Assembly: GCF_009914755.1 (NCBI RefSeq)
Contig: NC_060930.1
From: the human T2T-CHM13v2.0 reference genome, Homo sapiens
Length of the DNA: 64,000 bases
Reading direction: 5' to 3' (one strand)
In this document: positions 22,486 through 36,724 of the stretch, in pieces
Layout: each line of letters opens with the position of its first letter
Numbering within the stretch: position 1 is the first letter of the stretch
The notes under the pieces: model-generated
What the model was told of the DNA's origin: nothing
The model's database searches: none
Seen by the model: only the letters and a program-made list of their open reading frames with translations
Made by a program: the position numbers and the translations under genes

Positions 22486-25400
22486 TTTTTCTTTTCTCCA
22501 CCCTGTCAGCAGTTCACACAGCCCTGTGCTTTAAGCTGTTTTTTTTTTTCTTTTCTTCACTGGGAGTTAACTTTTACATGGAAGGCTTTTTTTTCCCCTT
22601 TAGAAGACGTTTTACTAAGCCAGGACCCCAAATATCACTGTTGACATTCTCTGTAAAGTTTTAATTATGATAAAGGATTTGTGAGGTTTGTCTTAAGCTA
22701 TAGCAACTCTTTTATGATTTTCATGTCTTTCTGTATGGTTCCATCAGAAAGAGGGGTACCTTAGGATGAGATGTGGGCCTAGGATTTTATAAGCCCACTC
22801 TTCAAGCCAGCCTGGCAAATTGGTCAGTAGTAAACTTTGCTGCAGGCCTCCATCTTGTTTTATGTCCTTGGGAGAACCACGTGGCAGTGCTTTGTTTTAA
22901 CCTCTGCCATTTTACAGTGGTGGCCCAGGTTCAATCTGGCTTAGGGAATGATTCCTTTCTGATTTGATGTCTGTGTGACCTTTGCCATTTGTTGATTCTC
23001 TACCCCTCCATGAACTGCCTTGAATTTTCCTTTCTCTGAGCACCTGGGAGGTTATGTTTGGTAAAGTTCAAAAGCCAGGAATATTAGCCACTTGGTGTGG
23101 CTAAAGACAGGTAATAAGGGATTTCCAAGGATTTTTCTTTAAGAGTGCTCAGCTTAATTAAAAGTGGATATCAAAATTACAGGTATATTTTAAAGGCCTT
23201 TATGCTTTTCTCTTATTGGATCTTATTTTGCTACAAAAAAGTTTTTTTTTCCAGTCGACTGAATTTTCTCCCTTTTGTCTTGTCACCCTTAATCCATGCA
23301 GAAGAGCCTCTAAGATAATTTCTGATGGTCTAGGAGTCCTTGGGAAAAGCAGAAAAGGCCCCATGGATTCCATTTTGGGAGAGACCTCTGTTTTCCTCAT
23401 GGAGCCCCAGGAATTAGAGGCAGATGGATACCTCTCAAAATTTGTTTTTGTCTTCCAGCTATACCTGTTTATTAGGTCCTAGAAAATCACATGCTTTCCT
23501 AGCCTTGCTCTTAAAGGGCTCCACCCAGAGGCCAATAATTCAATTAGGAGCTTGGCAAACAAAAAATCTTACAGCTACTGGATCTTCTTCTGCCTGTCTG
23601 TGTAGTTCTATATGTGTTATGTGTGTGATTTCTATAAATAAGAGATCTAGTTAATTGACTTGAAGGATAAGTGCTTGGATCAAACATTTTTTACAGGGAC
23701 GATAAAAGCTGTGGTACCTTTTAGTTCACATGACTTTAATCTTTGAAAAATAAAAACAGCCTTAAAGATTATTGGTAAAATGAAGATGTCAAAATGTAAA
23801 TTTTTGCCTACGGCTAAAGGATTCTTTTGAATTAGATAAGATAAAGCTAAAAGTCTAAACAAGTTGTGGAAGGATTATAAAAATTAATCTTGAAAAAAAT
23901 TGTGTGAACATTGACTAAATTGAAAAGGATTATAAAATGTTTTTCCTTTTTTAAAATTTCTGAGTCATCATTTGACAAATAAATAACTTAAGGTAATCTG
24001 GAATTCTGTTTAATAACATCAAGTGTTTTAAACCTCTAATATGTTTAACAGACTTCCCAAAACCAAACTTTAGTTTCAAAAATTTCTCTCCCGACTCCTA
24101 GCTTTTAGATGTTACAGAGGGCCCCTGAAACATACAGAAGAGAAGTAAACAGGATTATTTGACATATTTAGGTACATGGGATTGCTAAAATGATCTTTAA
24201 TCTTCTTCAGGTTATATTTTAATGAGTAATATTAATAATGTTCTGAATTTGTATGGGATTTCTAAAATTCTAATGTCTGAGTATATGCCATCAATCACAA
24301 TTATGTTAAAGTTATAGTAAACTACAGAGATAACCAAATTGCTTTGATAATTGTGTTTCTGACTCTAACTACCCTGGACATTTTGTTATTCAATTGTTGT
24401 CTTGTTTTAATCCTCTTCAAAAGATGGTTTATAATCAGCTATAGAACTATGACAGGTCCTCTCAAATGCAGTTTTTTTTTTTTATAACTTTGGAGATTGT
24501 TACACTGTAATAAAGGAAAAATATACCAGATTCAGGAAGAGCTGAAATGTTCATGAATATAAAGCAGAATAAGAGTTAACTGGGTCGACTGAACTAATAG
24601 AAAACTGAAGTAATATTTTTGACTTTTGCTTGGAACATTACTGATCCTTGTTTCATTTTTCAGAGTCAAGGGAACTTATTTTGAGCTATTTACAGCCTTT
24701 AACAATTGAGTAAGGTATACTCCTGTGACCAAAATTTGGAGCATATTTGTCTCTCTCTGGCTTCTACAGAATTTGGAAACTAGTTGTGAGAATTCTTAAC
24801 TTCTGGCAATATAGTTGTTTGCATCAGTGCAATATGAATTTATTTTCTTTTGCAACAGGACACAATTGGAGAAACTGGTTGTTTTACCAAGGCTTTGACT
24901 GGAAGGGTGTGCCTCCCTTTAAGGAGTCAAGCTCGACTTGCAGAGCTTATAAAAGCCCTTGTTAGGAAACTGTCTTCATACCTTGTCTACACAGTCCTTG
25001 TACAGGGTTCCTAACCTGTGGTTAGTAGAGAAAGTCACGTTCTAACAGGCTCAGGAAACCCATGTTCTTTAGACCTCAGGAAAAGAGAAGTTTACCCAAC
25101 TCACAGGTATTTAAGGATACAAACCTATGGCTGGGCTCAGCTTTAGAAAATCCTATCTGAGATTCCTTGTGAAATACAGTTCCATCAAAGCCAATCTAAC
25201 AGGCTTATGTAGAAATAATTATTCTTGCTGCACTTTATGCAAACAATCAGGCCAAGTATAAGACTAAAGTCTATTTTGCAAACAACACCGTCCTGTCATA
25301 ATTTGCTTTTAACAAAAATGAGGACTGGAGAGAGTAATTGTGTTTCAAAACTTATCATACATTTGTTATTAAACTCCAGACTCACTGATTGTTTTTAAGT

Positions 25401-25797
25401 TTCTTGCCTACATTTCAGACTAACCCTGCTTATTCCTGTGAACCAACCAGCAATTTCCAACTGCAGCTCAGAAGGAACAAAAGGGATAAGTAATGTAAAA
25501 CTCTGATCGATATTTTAATTCTGAGCAATTATCCTGCAAATCCTGCCAGGTGATGGGAATAAATAGGGTGCCCATCACACAGAGGTGTCCTTTTTGAGAA
25601 AGTAAGGCCAAAGGAGCTAACCAAAGTCAAATCATTTGCACTCAAATCTTAGCAAGCATTACTATAGCCACCAGTTATCTGAGCATGCCACAGGACATAC
25701 TTTTCTCTCTTGTTGTAGGAGGACTCAATTCCACAGATTTGCCTTAGCATTTGGCTTATGATAAGGAGTCTATGCAAAACCCCTGAGACACATTTTT
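22485..25797 (+). mobile_element. ERV1 MER4-group internal sequence (MER61-int-like), 5' part; 5' LTR absent
   Basis: Non-coding AT-rich internal region with MER4-group motifs (CTGGGAGGTTATGTTTGGTAAAGTTCAAAAGCCAG; GGACACAATTGGAGAAACTGGTT); resumes after the L1 TSD. Confidence 0.75.
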
Positions 25798-25960
25798 TTT
25801 GTATATAATTTGTATATATATACATATATATATTTTTATTATACTTTAAGTTCTAGGGTACATGTGCACAATGTGCAGGTTTGTTACGTATGTATACATG
25901 TGCCATGCTGGTGTGCTGCACCCATTAACCTGTCATCCACATTAGGTATATCTCCTAATG

Positions 25961-27256
<1,296 letters not shown>

Positions 27257-27257
<1 letters not shown>

Positions 27258-28330
27258 TATGATGTTAGCTGGTTATTTTGCTCGTCAGTTGATGCAGTTT
27301 CTTCCTCGCATTGATGGTCTTTACAATTTGGCATGTTTTTGCAGTACTGGTTGTTCCTTTCCATGTTTAGTGCTTCTTTCAGGAGCTCTTGTAGGGCAGG
27401 CCTGGTGGTGACAAAATCTCTCAGCATTTGCTTGTCTGTAAAGTATTTCATTTCTCCTTCACTTATGAAGCTTAGTTTGGCTGGAAATGAAATTCTGGGT
27501 TGAAAATTCTTTTCTTTAAGAATGCTGAATATTGGCTTCCACTCTCTTGTGGCTTGTAGAGTTTCTGCCGAGAGATCAGCTGTTAGTCTGATGGGCTTCC
27601 CTTTGTGGGTAACCCGACTTTTCTCTCTGGCTGCCCTTAACATTTTTTCCTTCATTTCAACTTTGGTGAATCTGACAATTATGGGTCTTGGAGTTGCTCT
27701 TCTGGAGGAGTATCTTTGTGGCATTCTCTGTATTTCCTGAATTAGAATGTTGGCCTGCCTTGGTAGGTTGGGGAAGTTCTCCTGGATAATATCCTGCAGA
27801 GTGTTTTCCAACTTGGTTCCATTCTCCCCGGCACTTTCAGTTACACCAATCAGATGTAGATTTGGTCTTTTCACATAGTTCCATATTTCTTGGAGGCTTT
27901 GTTTTTTTCTTTTTATTCTTTTTTTGTCTAAACTTCTCTTCTCGCTTCATTTCATTCATTTAATCTTCAATCACTGATATCCTTTCTTCCAGTTGATCAA
28001 ATTGGCTACTGAAGCTTGTGCATTCATCATGTAGTTCTTGTGCCATGGTTTTCAACTCCATCAGGTCATTTAAGGACTGCTCTCCATTGGTTATTCTAGT
28101 CAGGCATTCATCTAATCTTTTTTCAAGGTTTTTAACTTCTTTGCGATGGGTTCGAACTTCCTCCTTTAGCTCGAAGAAGTTTGATCATCTGAAGCCTTCT
28201 TCTTTCAACTCGTCAAAGTCATTCTCCATCCAGCTTGTTTCATTGCTGGTGAGGAGCTTCATTCCTCTGGAGGAGGAGAGGCACTCTGTTTTTTAGAATT
28301 TTCAGTTTTTCTGTTCTGTTTTTTCCCCAT
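27257..28330 (-). pseudogene. L1 ORF1p remnant (disrupted)
   Basis: KRPNLHLIGV...LENTLQDIIQENFPNL...KPIRLTADLSAETLQA. Confidence 0.9.
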
Positions 28331-28878
28331 CTTTGTGGTTTTATCTACCTTTGGTCTTTGATGACGGTGATGTACAGATGGGGTTTTGGTGTGGATGTCC
28401 TTTCTGTTTGTTAGTTTTCCTTTTAACAGTCAGGACCCTTAGCTGCAGGTCTGTTGGAGTTTGCCTGGGTATCAGTGGTGGAGGCTGCAGAACTGTGCAT
28501 ATTGCTGAACAGGAAATGTTGCTGTCTGATCATTCCTCTGGAGGTTTCGTCTCAGAGGGGTACCTGGCTGTGTGAGGTGTCAGTCTGCCCCTACTGCGGG
28601 GTGCCTCCCAGTTAGGCTACTCAGCGGTCAGGGACCCACTTGAGGAGGCAATCTGTCCGTTCTCAGATCTCGAACTCTGTGCTGGGAGAACCACTACTCT
28701 CTTCAAAGCTGTCATACAGGGAGATTTAAGTCTGCAGAGGTTTCTGCTGCCTTTAGTTTGGCTATGACCTGCCCCCAGAGGTGGAGTCTACAGAGGCAGG
28801 CAGGCCTCCTTGAGCTGCGGTGGGCTCTACCCAGTTCGAGCTTCCCAGCCGCTTTGTTTACCTACTCAAGCCTCAGCA

Positions 28879-29358
28879 ATGGCAGGTGCCCCTCCCCCAG
28901 CCTTGCTGCCACCTTGCAGTTCGATCTCAGACTGCTGTGCTAGCAAAGAGTGAGGCTGCATGGGTGTGGGACCCTCCGAGACATGCACGGGATATAATCT
29001 CCTGGTGTGCCATTTGTTAAGACCATTGGAGAAGCGTAGTATTAGGGTGGGAGTGACCCGATTTTCCAGGTGCCGTCTGTCACAGCTTTGCTTGGCTAGG
29101 AAAGGGAATTCCCTGACCCCTTGCCCTTCCCGGGTGAGGCAATGCCTCGCTCTGCTTCGGCTCACACTCGGTGCACTGCACCCACTGTCCTGCACCCACT
29201 GTCCAACAAGCCCTAGTGAGATGAACCCAGTACCTCAGTGGGAAATGCAGAAATCATTCGTCTTCTGCGTCACTCATGCTGGGACCTGTAGACTGGAGCT
29301 GTTCCTATTCGGCCATCTTGGAACCACCACCTTGAGACACATTTTTGTCTCAAACTAA
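28879..29358 (+). pseudogene. L1 ORF0 homolog with premature TGA at 28951 and in-frame downstream ATG at 28960
   Basis: MAGAPPPALLPPCSSISDCCASKE* then MGVGPSE...EKRSIRVGVTRFSRC matches the ORF0 peptide. Confidence 0.8.
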
Positions 29359-29387
29359 ATTTCAAGCTTTGGGTCAAAGCCTTAGGA

Positions 29388-29418
<31 letters not shown>

Positions 29419-30448
29419 CAAAAACTGGATTCAAGGAATCCAGAGGCAGACCATAACACAAGTTAAAAGGCACTGCACAGGTGAGCATGACTAATTCCTG
29501 ACAATTAAGCCAAGCCTCTCATTCCATGGATAAAGGTCATGCTAGTATTCATGGAATAAATGAAGTCTCGGGAACTCGAAGGCTACTCACAGCAGGCGAG
29601 ACAGGTTGTATGTAGGTAAGAGTGGGTATTCCCACCCCTAGGCCCTCCTTTTAACATTGGCGAAAGCCGCTTTGACACCCATGGGCAGCACCCTTTTGCA
29701 GTTGCTGGGACTTAGGGATATAAGGATGGAAGAAAGAAAGGATGCCTCACTTTCTCTCCCTTATGTACTCTGGGCGTTCACTAGGAAGAGAAAGGAACCA
29801 GGGATGCTTGTTCCCCTCTTTCTAGATGAGTAGCCATTCTTCTGCAGTCTGTACTCCTTTTGAATATATCCTGAACCCCTGGGATGCTTTTGAAAAAAAT
29901 GCCTTCTTTTTTCCTTTTCCTCCTCTGTCTTCTTTTCACAGATAGGTAATTGTGTCTCTGTACTATGGGACACTCCCCTCATATACATCCTTGAAACTTG
30001 GAAAAGTTCATTTCCCAAACCTTAAACTGGTTGGCTTAGGATTGGGCTTGGAGTAAGTGAAGCCATGTCTGCAAAAGGGTAAATTTTTTTTTGTTTGTTT
30101 GTTTACCAGTCAGGCTTTTGGCCTCCCTCTCCCTGTGCAAACTGGTAAAAGCTTTGGGATTTTTGAGCTGTTCTTACCCCACCTTGTTTTGTTTTGATAC
30201 ATATTTTCTAATAACTTGGTTTGTCTCTTCTTGCCTTTGGGCCATCAAACTCCAAACAGTCATGCAACCGGAGCCTTGGATGATGGCCCCTTTTGTTGGG
30301 GATGCTTAGATAGGTTTTTGAGGGAGCTCTGACTGCCACTTCCCCAAAACAGCACCCCATGTCATCAAGAGGCAGTTAATATCAGTCTTTGTCCTTATCC
30401 TTATCCCTATTCTAATGGCAGTTAGATGTACTTCTTTAGAGGGGGGAA
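29330..30448 (+). mobile_element. ERV1 MER4-group internal sequence, 3' part with PPT
   Basis: Continues after the TSD; purine tract AGAGGGGGGAA immediately before the LTR; (AAAAC)n at about 29390-29424. Confidence 0.8.
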
Positions 30449-30874
30449 TGATAGATGCAGGAGGCAGATAAGGGAGGGTACTCAGAGAATCTCTGACCCA
30501 CCCCACAAGTGTATACATCAGATGTATACAGATGCTTTTGTGCAGATGAGGGAACCTGCCCAGGGCCTTGTCTTGGCATGCCCTCAATGGACTGGGGGCC
30601 CACCTTCACACTGGGAGAGTGGGGTGGAACCACTGGGGATTTGCACCTTATGCAGCGGGGAGGAGCCTGGCCTCTTCAGCTTGTGTATGGTGGCCTGGTA
30701 TTCAATCTGTGAGGTGGGAGCCTATTGGCAGGACCCCTCTTTTTTTTTGCTGAGAGCTTTCTTTTAATAAATTTTGCTCTCCTTGCCTTTCAATGTGTCT
30801 GTGTGCCTAATTATTCCTGGTCATTAGACAAGAACCTGGATTTTAGCAGAACTAAGGAGCAAAAAAATCCCTCA
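30449..30874 (+). mobile_element. ERV1 3' LTR, MER61-like
   Basis: TG...CA termini, follows PPT, AATAAA at about 30766, GGCATGCCC p53-type motif. Confidence 0.75.
30552..30583. promoter_or_regulatory. Candidate p53 response element (three half-sites)
   Basis: GAACCTGCCC ag GGCCTTGTCT TGGCATGCCC; each half-site is 9/10 to RRRCWWGYYY. Confidence 0.45.
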
Positions 30875-31639
30875 TTAGTATATCTAACCTTTTTCTTTTT
30901 ACTTAGAAAATAAACATCATTTTGAAATATTTCAACAAAGGATCTGATGCAAGCCTGTTTTGTTCTCTGTTAGGGTTTAGGTATAAACCCTATCTGATGC
31001 TTCTTTTATAATGTGGTAAGTTGTAAGATATTTAATGTGACATTTAAAATTTTATCAAACACTCTAGAAATTGATCTTAAAGTTATTTTATTTCTTTTCA
31101 TTTGTAATAGACTCATAGACACATTATTTTGTTTTGTTTCCATAAACATAATGGAACTCAAAAGCACTGCTTTGTGGATGGCAAGATCTTTCCAGGGGAA
31201 GCATAAATCTAACAAAGCTGAAGATACATCCCTAGTTTTCTCTGTCCTGAAAATGCACTATGCATTTGGGATCCCCTTCATTAGAAAACAGCTTCTTTTG
31301 AAAAGATGATATATATAATGATTAACAACAGCAGGTTTCTTATTAAAATAAGCTTTTGGATAAAATAACAATTTACTTTTTGATTTGCACTATCCAATTG
31401 ATTTCTACTGTTACAGAAAGTGATAATTTTCCCCCAAACATGTGACACAGGTGTAAGTTTTAAAAGTTTAAAAAACTTTGTTGTGAAATGTTTAAGGCAA
31501 ATAAAAAGATGTAAAGGGCAAAAATTACCCTTTGTATGTATTCTACAAAGAGTATACAGCAAAAGCACTACCTTGACACAGGAATGTTTTTGTTGTTTAA
31601 ATTTGTTTTCAATTTTTATGGACTGCTTTTTATTTTTTA

Positions 31640-32090
31640 TTTTCGTTTTTCAGTATGTAAAACATTTTCATGATTTCAAAGTATATAATAAGGTATATTG
31701 AAGAAATTCTTCATTGTATTCTTCCTTCTCCCATCTCTTCCTCTTTGTATAAGTTGGCATTTTTATTAGTTTTTATTTATCTTTCCAGTATTTTCTTTTT
31801 GCAAATATAAGGAAATGCACATGTCTGTTTGCATTTTCCTCCTTCCTTACACAAAAGAGTAATATACATTGTTCTCTACTTTGTTTATTTTTACTTAGCA
31901 ATACATCTTCAAAATTACTTTAGATAAAAACAGAGATTTTCCTCCTATTTATGGCTGCATAATACTTCATTTTAAGGATGTACCATAGCTTATTCAAACT
32001 AGTTCCCTATTTATGAGTGATTACAATATTCCTAATATTTTGCTAATATAAATAGTAACAATAACTAACCTGGTACACATGAAATTTTGC
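31640..32090 (-). mobile_element. Ancient L1ME-like 3' fragment
   Basis: TTTATGGCTGCATAATACTTCATTTTAAGGATGTACCATAGCTTATTCAA. Confidence 0.5.
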
Positions 32091-32623
32091 AATTTTTCTA
32101 GTTAAGTAAGGGGAATAGCAAGAATTGTTCCTGCATACTTTTTACTCAGTTATATATGAAGGATTTCAAAGAGATGTCAATTTTGGAAAATGCTTCTGGC
32201 CATCCCAAATGCTTGGCTTATATCTACTGTTTTTTAACTTGTTTTTTTCCTCATTCATTCCAACTCTTATTACTAAAATACTACATCAAAAGAAATTAAG
32301 GGAATCTACAAATATATTTGAATAAGTGATTTTGCCATGTATACTGACCAGAGTCACACTTGCTCTTGCTCCAAAAACAAATCATTGCACTGCCTGAGAG
32401 GAAAATGGATTGATGGCCAAGAAAGTCTGATTGTTACTTCTCTATACCTCATGATTTCCTTTCTTTTTACTGCAGTTCTGAAATTTGGATGGCCAGGTCA
32501 TTCAGCCCTGATCAGTCCCAGAGCAAAACTTACAGTCCCTAAGCTCACAAGAATGTAATGTGTATCAAAAGGTAAATATAGACCTATGAAATGAGATGAT
32601 TGCTACAGATGCTGCTAATATTA

Positions 32624-33008
<385 letters not shown>

Positions 33009-33148
33009 CTATATAAACTTGCAGTATCAGAGCTGTAGGAAGAAGACTTCTGATAAACATCCCTGACAGGACCTTCTGTCTAAGAGGCATCACTTTCCTG
33101 GTTCTAAACACAGATGGCCCTCATTTCTCTCTAAATTCTTTGTCCATA

Positions 33149-33513
33149 CAGCAGTCTTCCTTACCCTCAGGGGGATACATTCCAAGATGTCTAGTAGATA
33201 CCTGAAATCATGGACAGTATTGAACCATATATATATATATGTGTGTGTGTGTGTATTTATATATATTTAAATATATATGCTTTTTTCTATACATTTAATA
33301 AAATTTAATTAACAAATTAGGCACAGTAAGAGATGAACAACAATAACCAATAATAAAATAGAATAATTATAACCATATACTGTAATAAACATTGTGAATG
33401 TGATTTGCCTCTCAAAATATCTTATTGTATTGTACTCATCTGTTTTTGGATAGCAGTGGACCCTGGATAATTGAAACTGTGGAAAGCAAAACTGTGGATA
33501 AGGGAGACTACTG
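33149..33513 (+). mobile_element. MER44A-like (Tigger/TcMar) MITE
   Basis: TIRs CAGCAGTCTTCCTTA / TAAGGGAGACTACTG, TA target duplication, internal (TA)/(TG) tract. Confidence 0.85.
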
Positions 33514-34034
33514 TATTATTTCTCTTTAACTTCTGATAATATCAAATTTATTATAAAATTATTCCTGACAGCTTTAAAGACACAAGACAAGCAGTTGAGA
33601 CAAATAGCACTATAAAATCTCAATCAAATAAAATAGTTTATGCTATTAGAAGATAAGGTTTTCTCCACGAACACCATTTATTTTGTGCAGTAGTGATAGG
33701 TAAGAGGTAGATTCAAAAATTTGCTGTTCCTGAGCTACCTGTAAGAAAAACAAAACAAACAAACAACAACAACAACAAAAAAAAAAAACAAAGAAAATCC
33801 TATGATTGAGGGAGGAAGTCTAAACCATGGAAAAAAGTTCTTAATTAAACTCATGGAGGTTTTTTGAATTTGGAAATAAATCATTTAGAGGAATCTGAAA
33901 TAAAATTGTAGCAGTTGATTTATGGCTTCTGTGAAGAATTTGTTTTCATTCTCAATAGTTGCTTGCATTTTTGATTCATCTTTGTTTACACTTATAACTG
34001 CAAAACACCTATTTTGAATAGAGCTCGAAAGACT

Positions 34035-34150
34035 TATTTATTTGATTCACTCTTTCCTTTTTTCCTTCCTTCCCTCCCTCTTTCCCTTCCTTCCTCTACA
34101 AATATTTATGGAGTGATTACCAGGTGCCATGCACTGTGCTAAGAATTGGG
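34035..34150 (-). mobile_element. L2 3' end with CT-rich tail
   Basis: ACAAATATTTATGGAGTGATTACCAGGTGCCATGCACTGTGCTAAG. Confidence 0.65.
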
Positions 34151-34361
34151 TATCTTTTCATTTTTCCTCTTCCCCCAAATAGTCTGGTCTTTATTAACAA
34201 AGTAAGTATTGTCTGATCTTGTCAAAAGGGCATGTGCAAAGTACAATGCTAAATACATGTAGTGCATAGTTATTTAATATATTTAACTAGTTTTAAACAC
34301 ATACGCTACCTACATAGGTCAGTAGGATTCCCATATCACATCTAAAGAAAATGAAATGAAG

Positions 34362-34570
34362 CAAGATCTTCTCTCTACAAAAAATAACAAAAATTAGCTA
34401 GCCATGGTGGTGCACACCAGTGGTCCTAGCTACTTGAAAGGCTGAGAGGCAGGAGGATCACTGGAGCCCAGGAGTTCGAGACTGCAGTGAGCTATGATCA
34501 CACCACTGCAACAATGCACTCCAGCCTCAGCAACAGAGTGCAGAGTGAGACCCCCAGCTGTGAAAAAAGG
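34362..34570 (+). mobile_element. AluJ/FRAM right-arm fragment
   Basis: GGAGGATCACTGGAGCCCAGGAGTTCGAGACTGCAGTGAGCTATGATC. Confidence 0.85.
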
Positions 34571-35269
34571 AGAAAATGAATATTTACTGATAATGAGCAT
34601 GGATCTCTCCACTTTGGGAAATACCATGTTATTGGTAAAAGGCTTGATTTTCTTTTGCATATTTTGTCATTTAAAAAAAAATTCTGTGCCTTAGAACAGT
34701 AATTAAAAAGTATATTTGGAAGTGTGTTTGGCACAAGACACTGAGTTTTTAGTTGAAGTTCATTATAGATAAATGTCCTTTTTTTTCAGCTTTTGAGTTC
34801 CATTTCTGACAAACTTCTCAAAACTATTGACCTTACCATCTGTGAGATGAATGAAGGCAAAAATTATATTACCTGTCCCTACAATTCCATAATTATGCTT
34901 TGGATTCTAATAGTACACAATTTTGTGAAGCATCAGTTTAGTAATTTCCCTTGATAGGAGAACTAAAAGAGCATTTTGAATTTCAATTGGAAAAGAAGAG
35001 ATACTGTTAATTATATTTTTCTATTTAGAAAAGTGTCATATTTGCTTTACTTAACTGCTATAGTCCTTTGGTTATGTGAAGCCACTAAAGCACTAGATGC
35101 CTGTAAAAAGAGTTGAGTGGCAGTTAGTTAATGCCTCATTTGAATTTTAACAACTATGTCAGCAGAAGGTGCACTAAACAGCAAAAGGTGCCTAAGTGAA
35201 TGAAATGAGTAATCCAGTGCTTTTAGATGACAGGCCAGGTGAAATGTTTCTCCAGTTCAGCAGCAAATT

Positions 35270-35560
35270 TCTATTTTGTTTAAGAAATATTAATTGATTA
35301 CCAGCTTTATACAGGGTCTTAGTTGGGTGTTGCTAAGAAAAGATAGCAACTCTTCTCGGGAATTTTAACTAAACAGGGAGAAGGAATTACAAAAGTAACT
35401 GTTACATACCACAGAATATTGTTGGTATCAAAAAATTACAAAGATAGTGGAGAAGTCACTAAATGAAGAGATCTTTCCTGGATGGGAAAATGAGAAAAGG
35501 CTTAAAGCTGGGACCTTGAAGAAAGAGGAGGGTTCCAGAAGTTGATATATGGAGATGAAT
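35270..35560 (-). mobile_element. L2 fragment
   Basis: Degenerate AAATATTAATTGATTACCAGC...AGCTGGGACCTTGAAGAAAGAG. Confidence 0.4.
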
Positions 35561-35689
35561 GTTTCCTCTAAAATGTGTTGAAATATAATACAATAAATCA
35601 AACAGTGAAATATAAGAGCAAAACAAAGACATTTAAATACAGGAAAGAACTTGGGAAATTTACCATTTATGCTTTTCTTCTAAAAAAAA

Positions 35690-36300
35690 TCATTCAGGAC
35701 TTGTTCACAATCTTAAGTGAAAACATTCGGTGTTTTGTCACTAAGTATGATGTGAACCAATTTGTTTCAGATGCTTTTTATCAGTCTAAGAAAATTCCCT
35801 TCTGTTACTAGTTTGTTAATAGGTCATGAATGAATGTTGAATTTTGTCAAATATCTTTCTGTATCAGTTGAGATGATCACATTGTTTTTCTTCTTTAAAT
35901 CATCTGTAAATATGATGGATTACATTGATTGAGATTTGAATGTTTAGACAGCCTTGCATTTCCAAGACAAATTCCACCTGGTAATAAGGTAGTATTCTTT
36001 TTACATGTTGCTAGATTCCCAATTTATGTCCAGAATATGGTCAGTTTTTGTAAATGTTTTCTAAGAGTTTGAAAAGAATATGTATTTTGTGTAAGTTTAT
36101 TAAAATGATTTTATATATTCATTACATTTTTTGTTAATCACACTGATAAATCTTCTATCCTCTTAAAGATTTTTGTCTGTTTTCTCAATGAGAGAGATGA
36201 GTTAAAATTTTCTACCATGAGTGTGGGTTTGTTTACATATTTTTATAGGTCTGTCAATTTTTGAGTTGTATATTTTGAAGCCATTATAATTTTAAATGGA
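35690..36300 (-). mobile_element. Old L1M ORF2 fragments
   Basis: TGAATGTTGAATTTTGTCAAAT...TGGATTACATTGATT...CAGCCTTGCATT. Confidence 0.7.
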
Positions 36301-36318
36301 TAAAATATAAAATTTCTA

Positions 36319-36576
36319 GGAGGCCGAGGTGGGCGGATCACCTGAGGTCAGGAGTTTGATACTAGCCTGACCAATATGGTGAAACCCTGTCTCTACTAAA
36401 AATACAAAAATTAGCCGGGTGTGGTGGCGTGCACTTGTAGTCTGAGCTACTCAGGAGGCTGAGACAGGAGAATTGCTTGAACCTGGGTTGGGGAGGTTGC
36501 AGTGAGCCGAGATTGTGCCATTGCACTCCAGCCTAGATGACAGAGCGAGACTCCGTGTCAAAAAAAAAAAAAAAAA
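36319..36576 (+). mobile_element. AluS, 5'-truncated
   Basis: Starts GGAGGCCGAGGTGGGCGGATCACCTGAGG; poly(A) tail. Confidence 0.95.
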
Positions 36577-36724
36577 TTATCCTGGTACCCAGTTTAACTC
36601 CAGTGATGTTTTTAACTTTGAAGCCCATTTTGTCTGATATTTATATAGATAACGGCAACTTTTAAAAAGAATTTTAATGATTTATCTTTTCCTGTCACTT
36701 AAATATTTATATCATTTAAATATT

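Noticed and set aside
28455-28475. About 27-bp loss between GTTTGC direct repeats in the L1 5' UTR (compare 51276-51310)
   Set aside because: Routine microhomology deletion
30510-30530. 10-bp palindrome TGTATACATC-A-GATGTATACA in the LTR
   Set aside because: Real but explainable by a small local duplication in self-complementary sequence
35158-35195. CTCF-like TCAGCAGAAGGTGC and its degenerate repeat
   Set aside because: Several mismatches at core positions; not supportable without ChIP data
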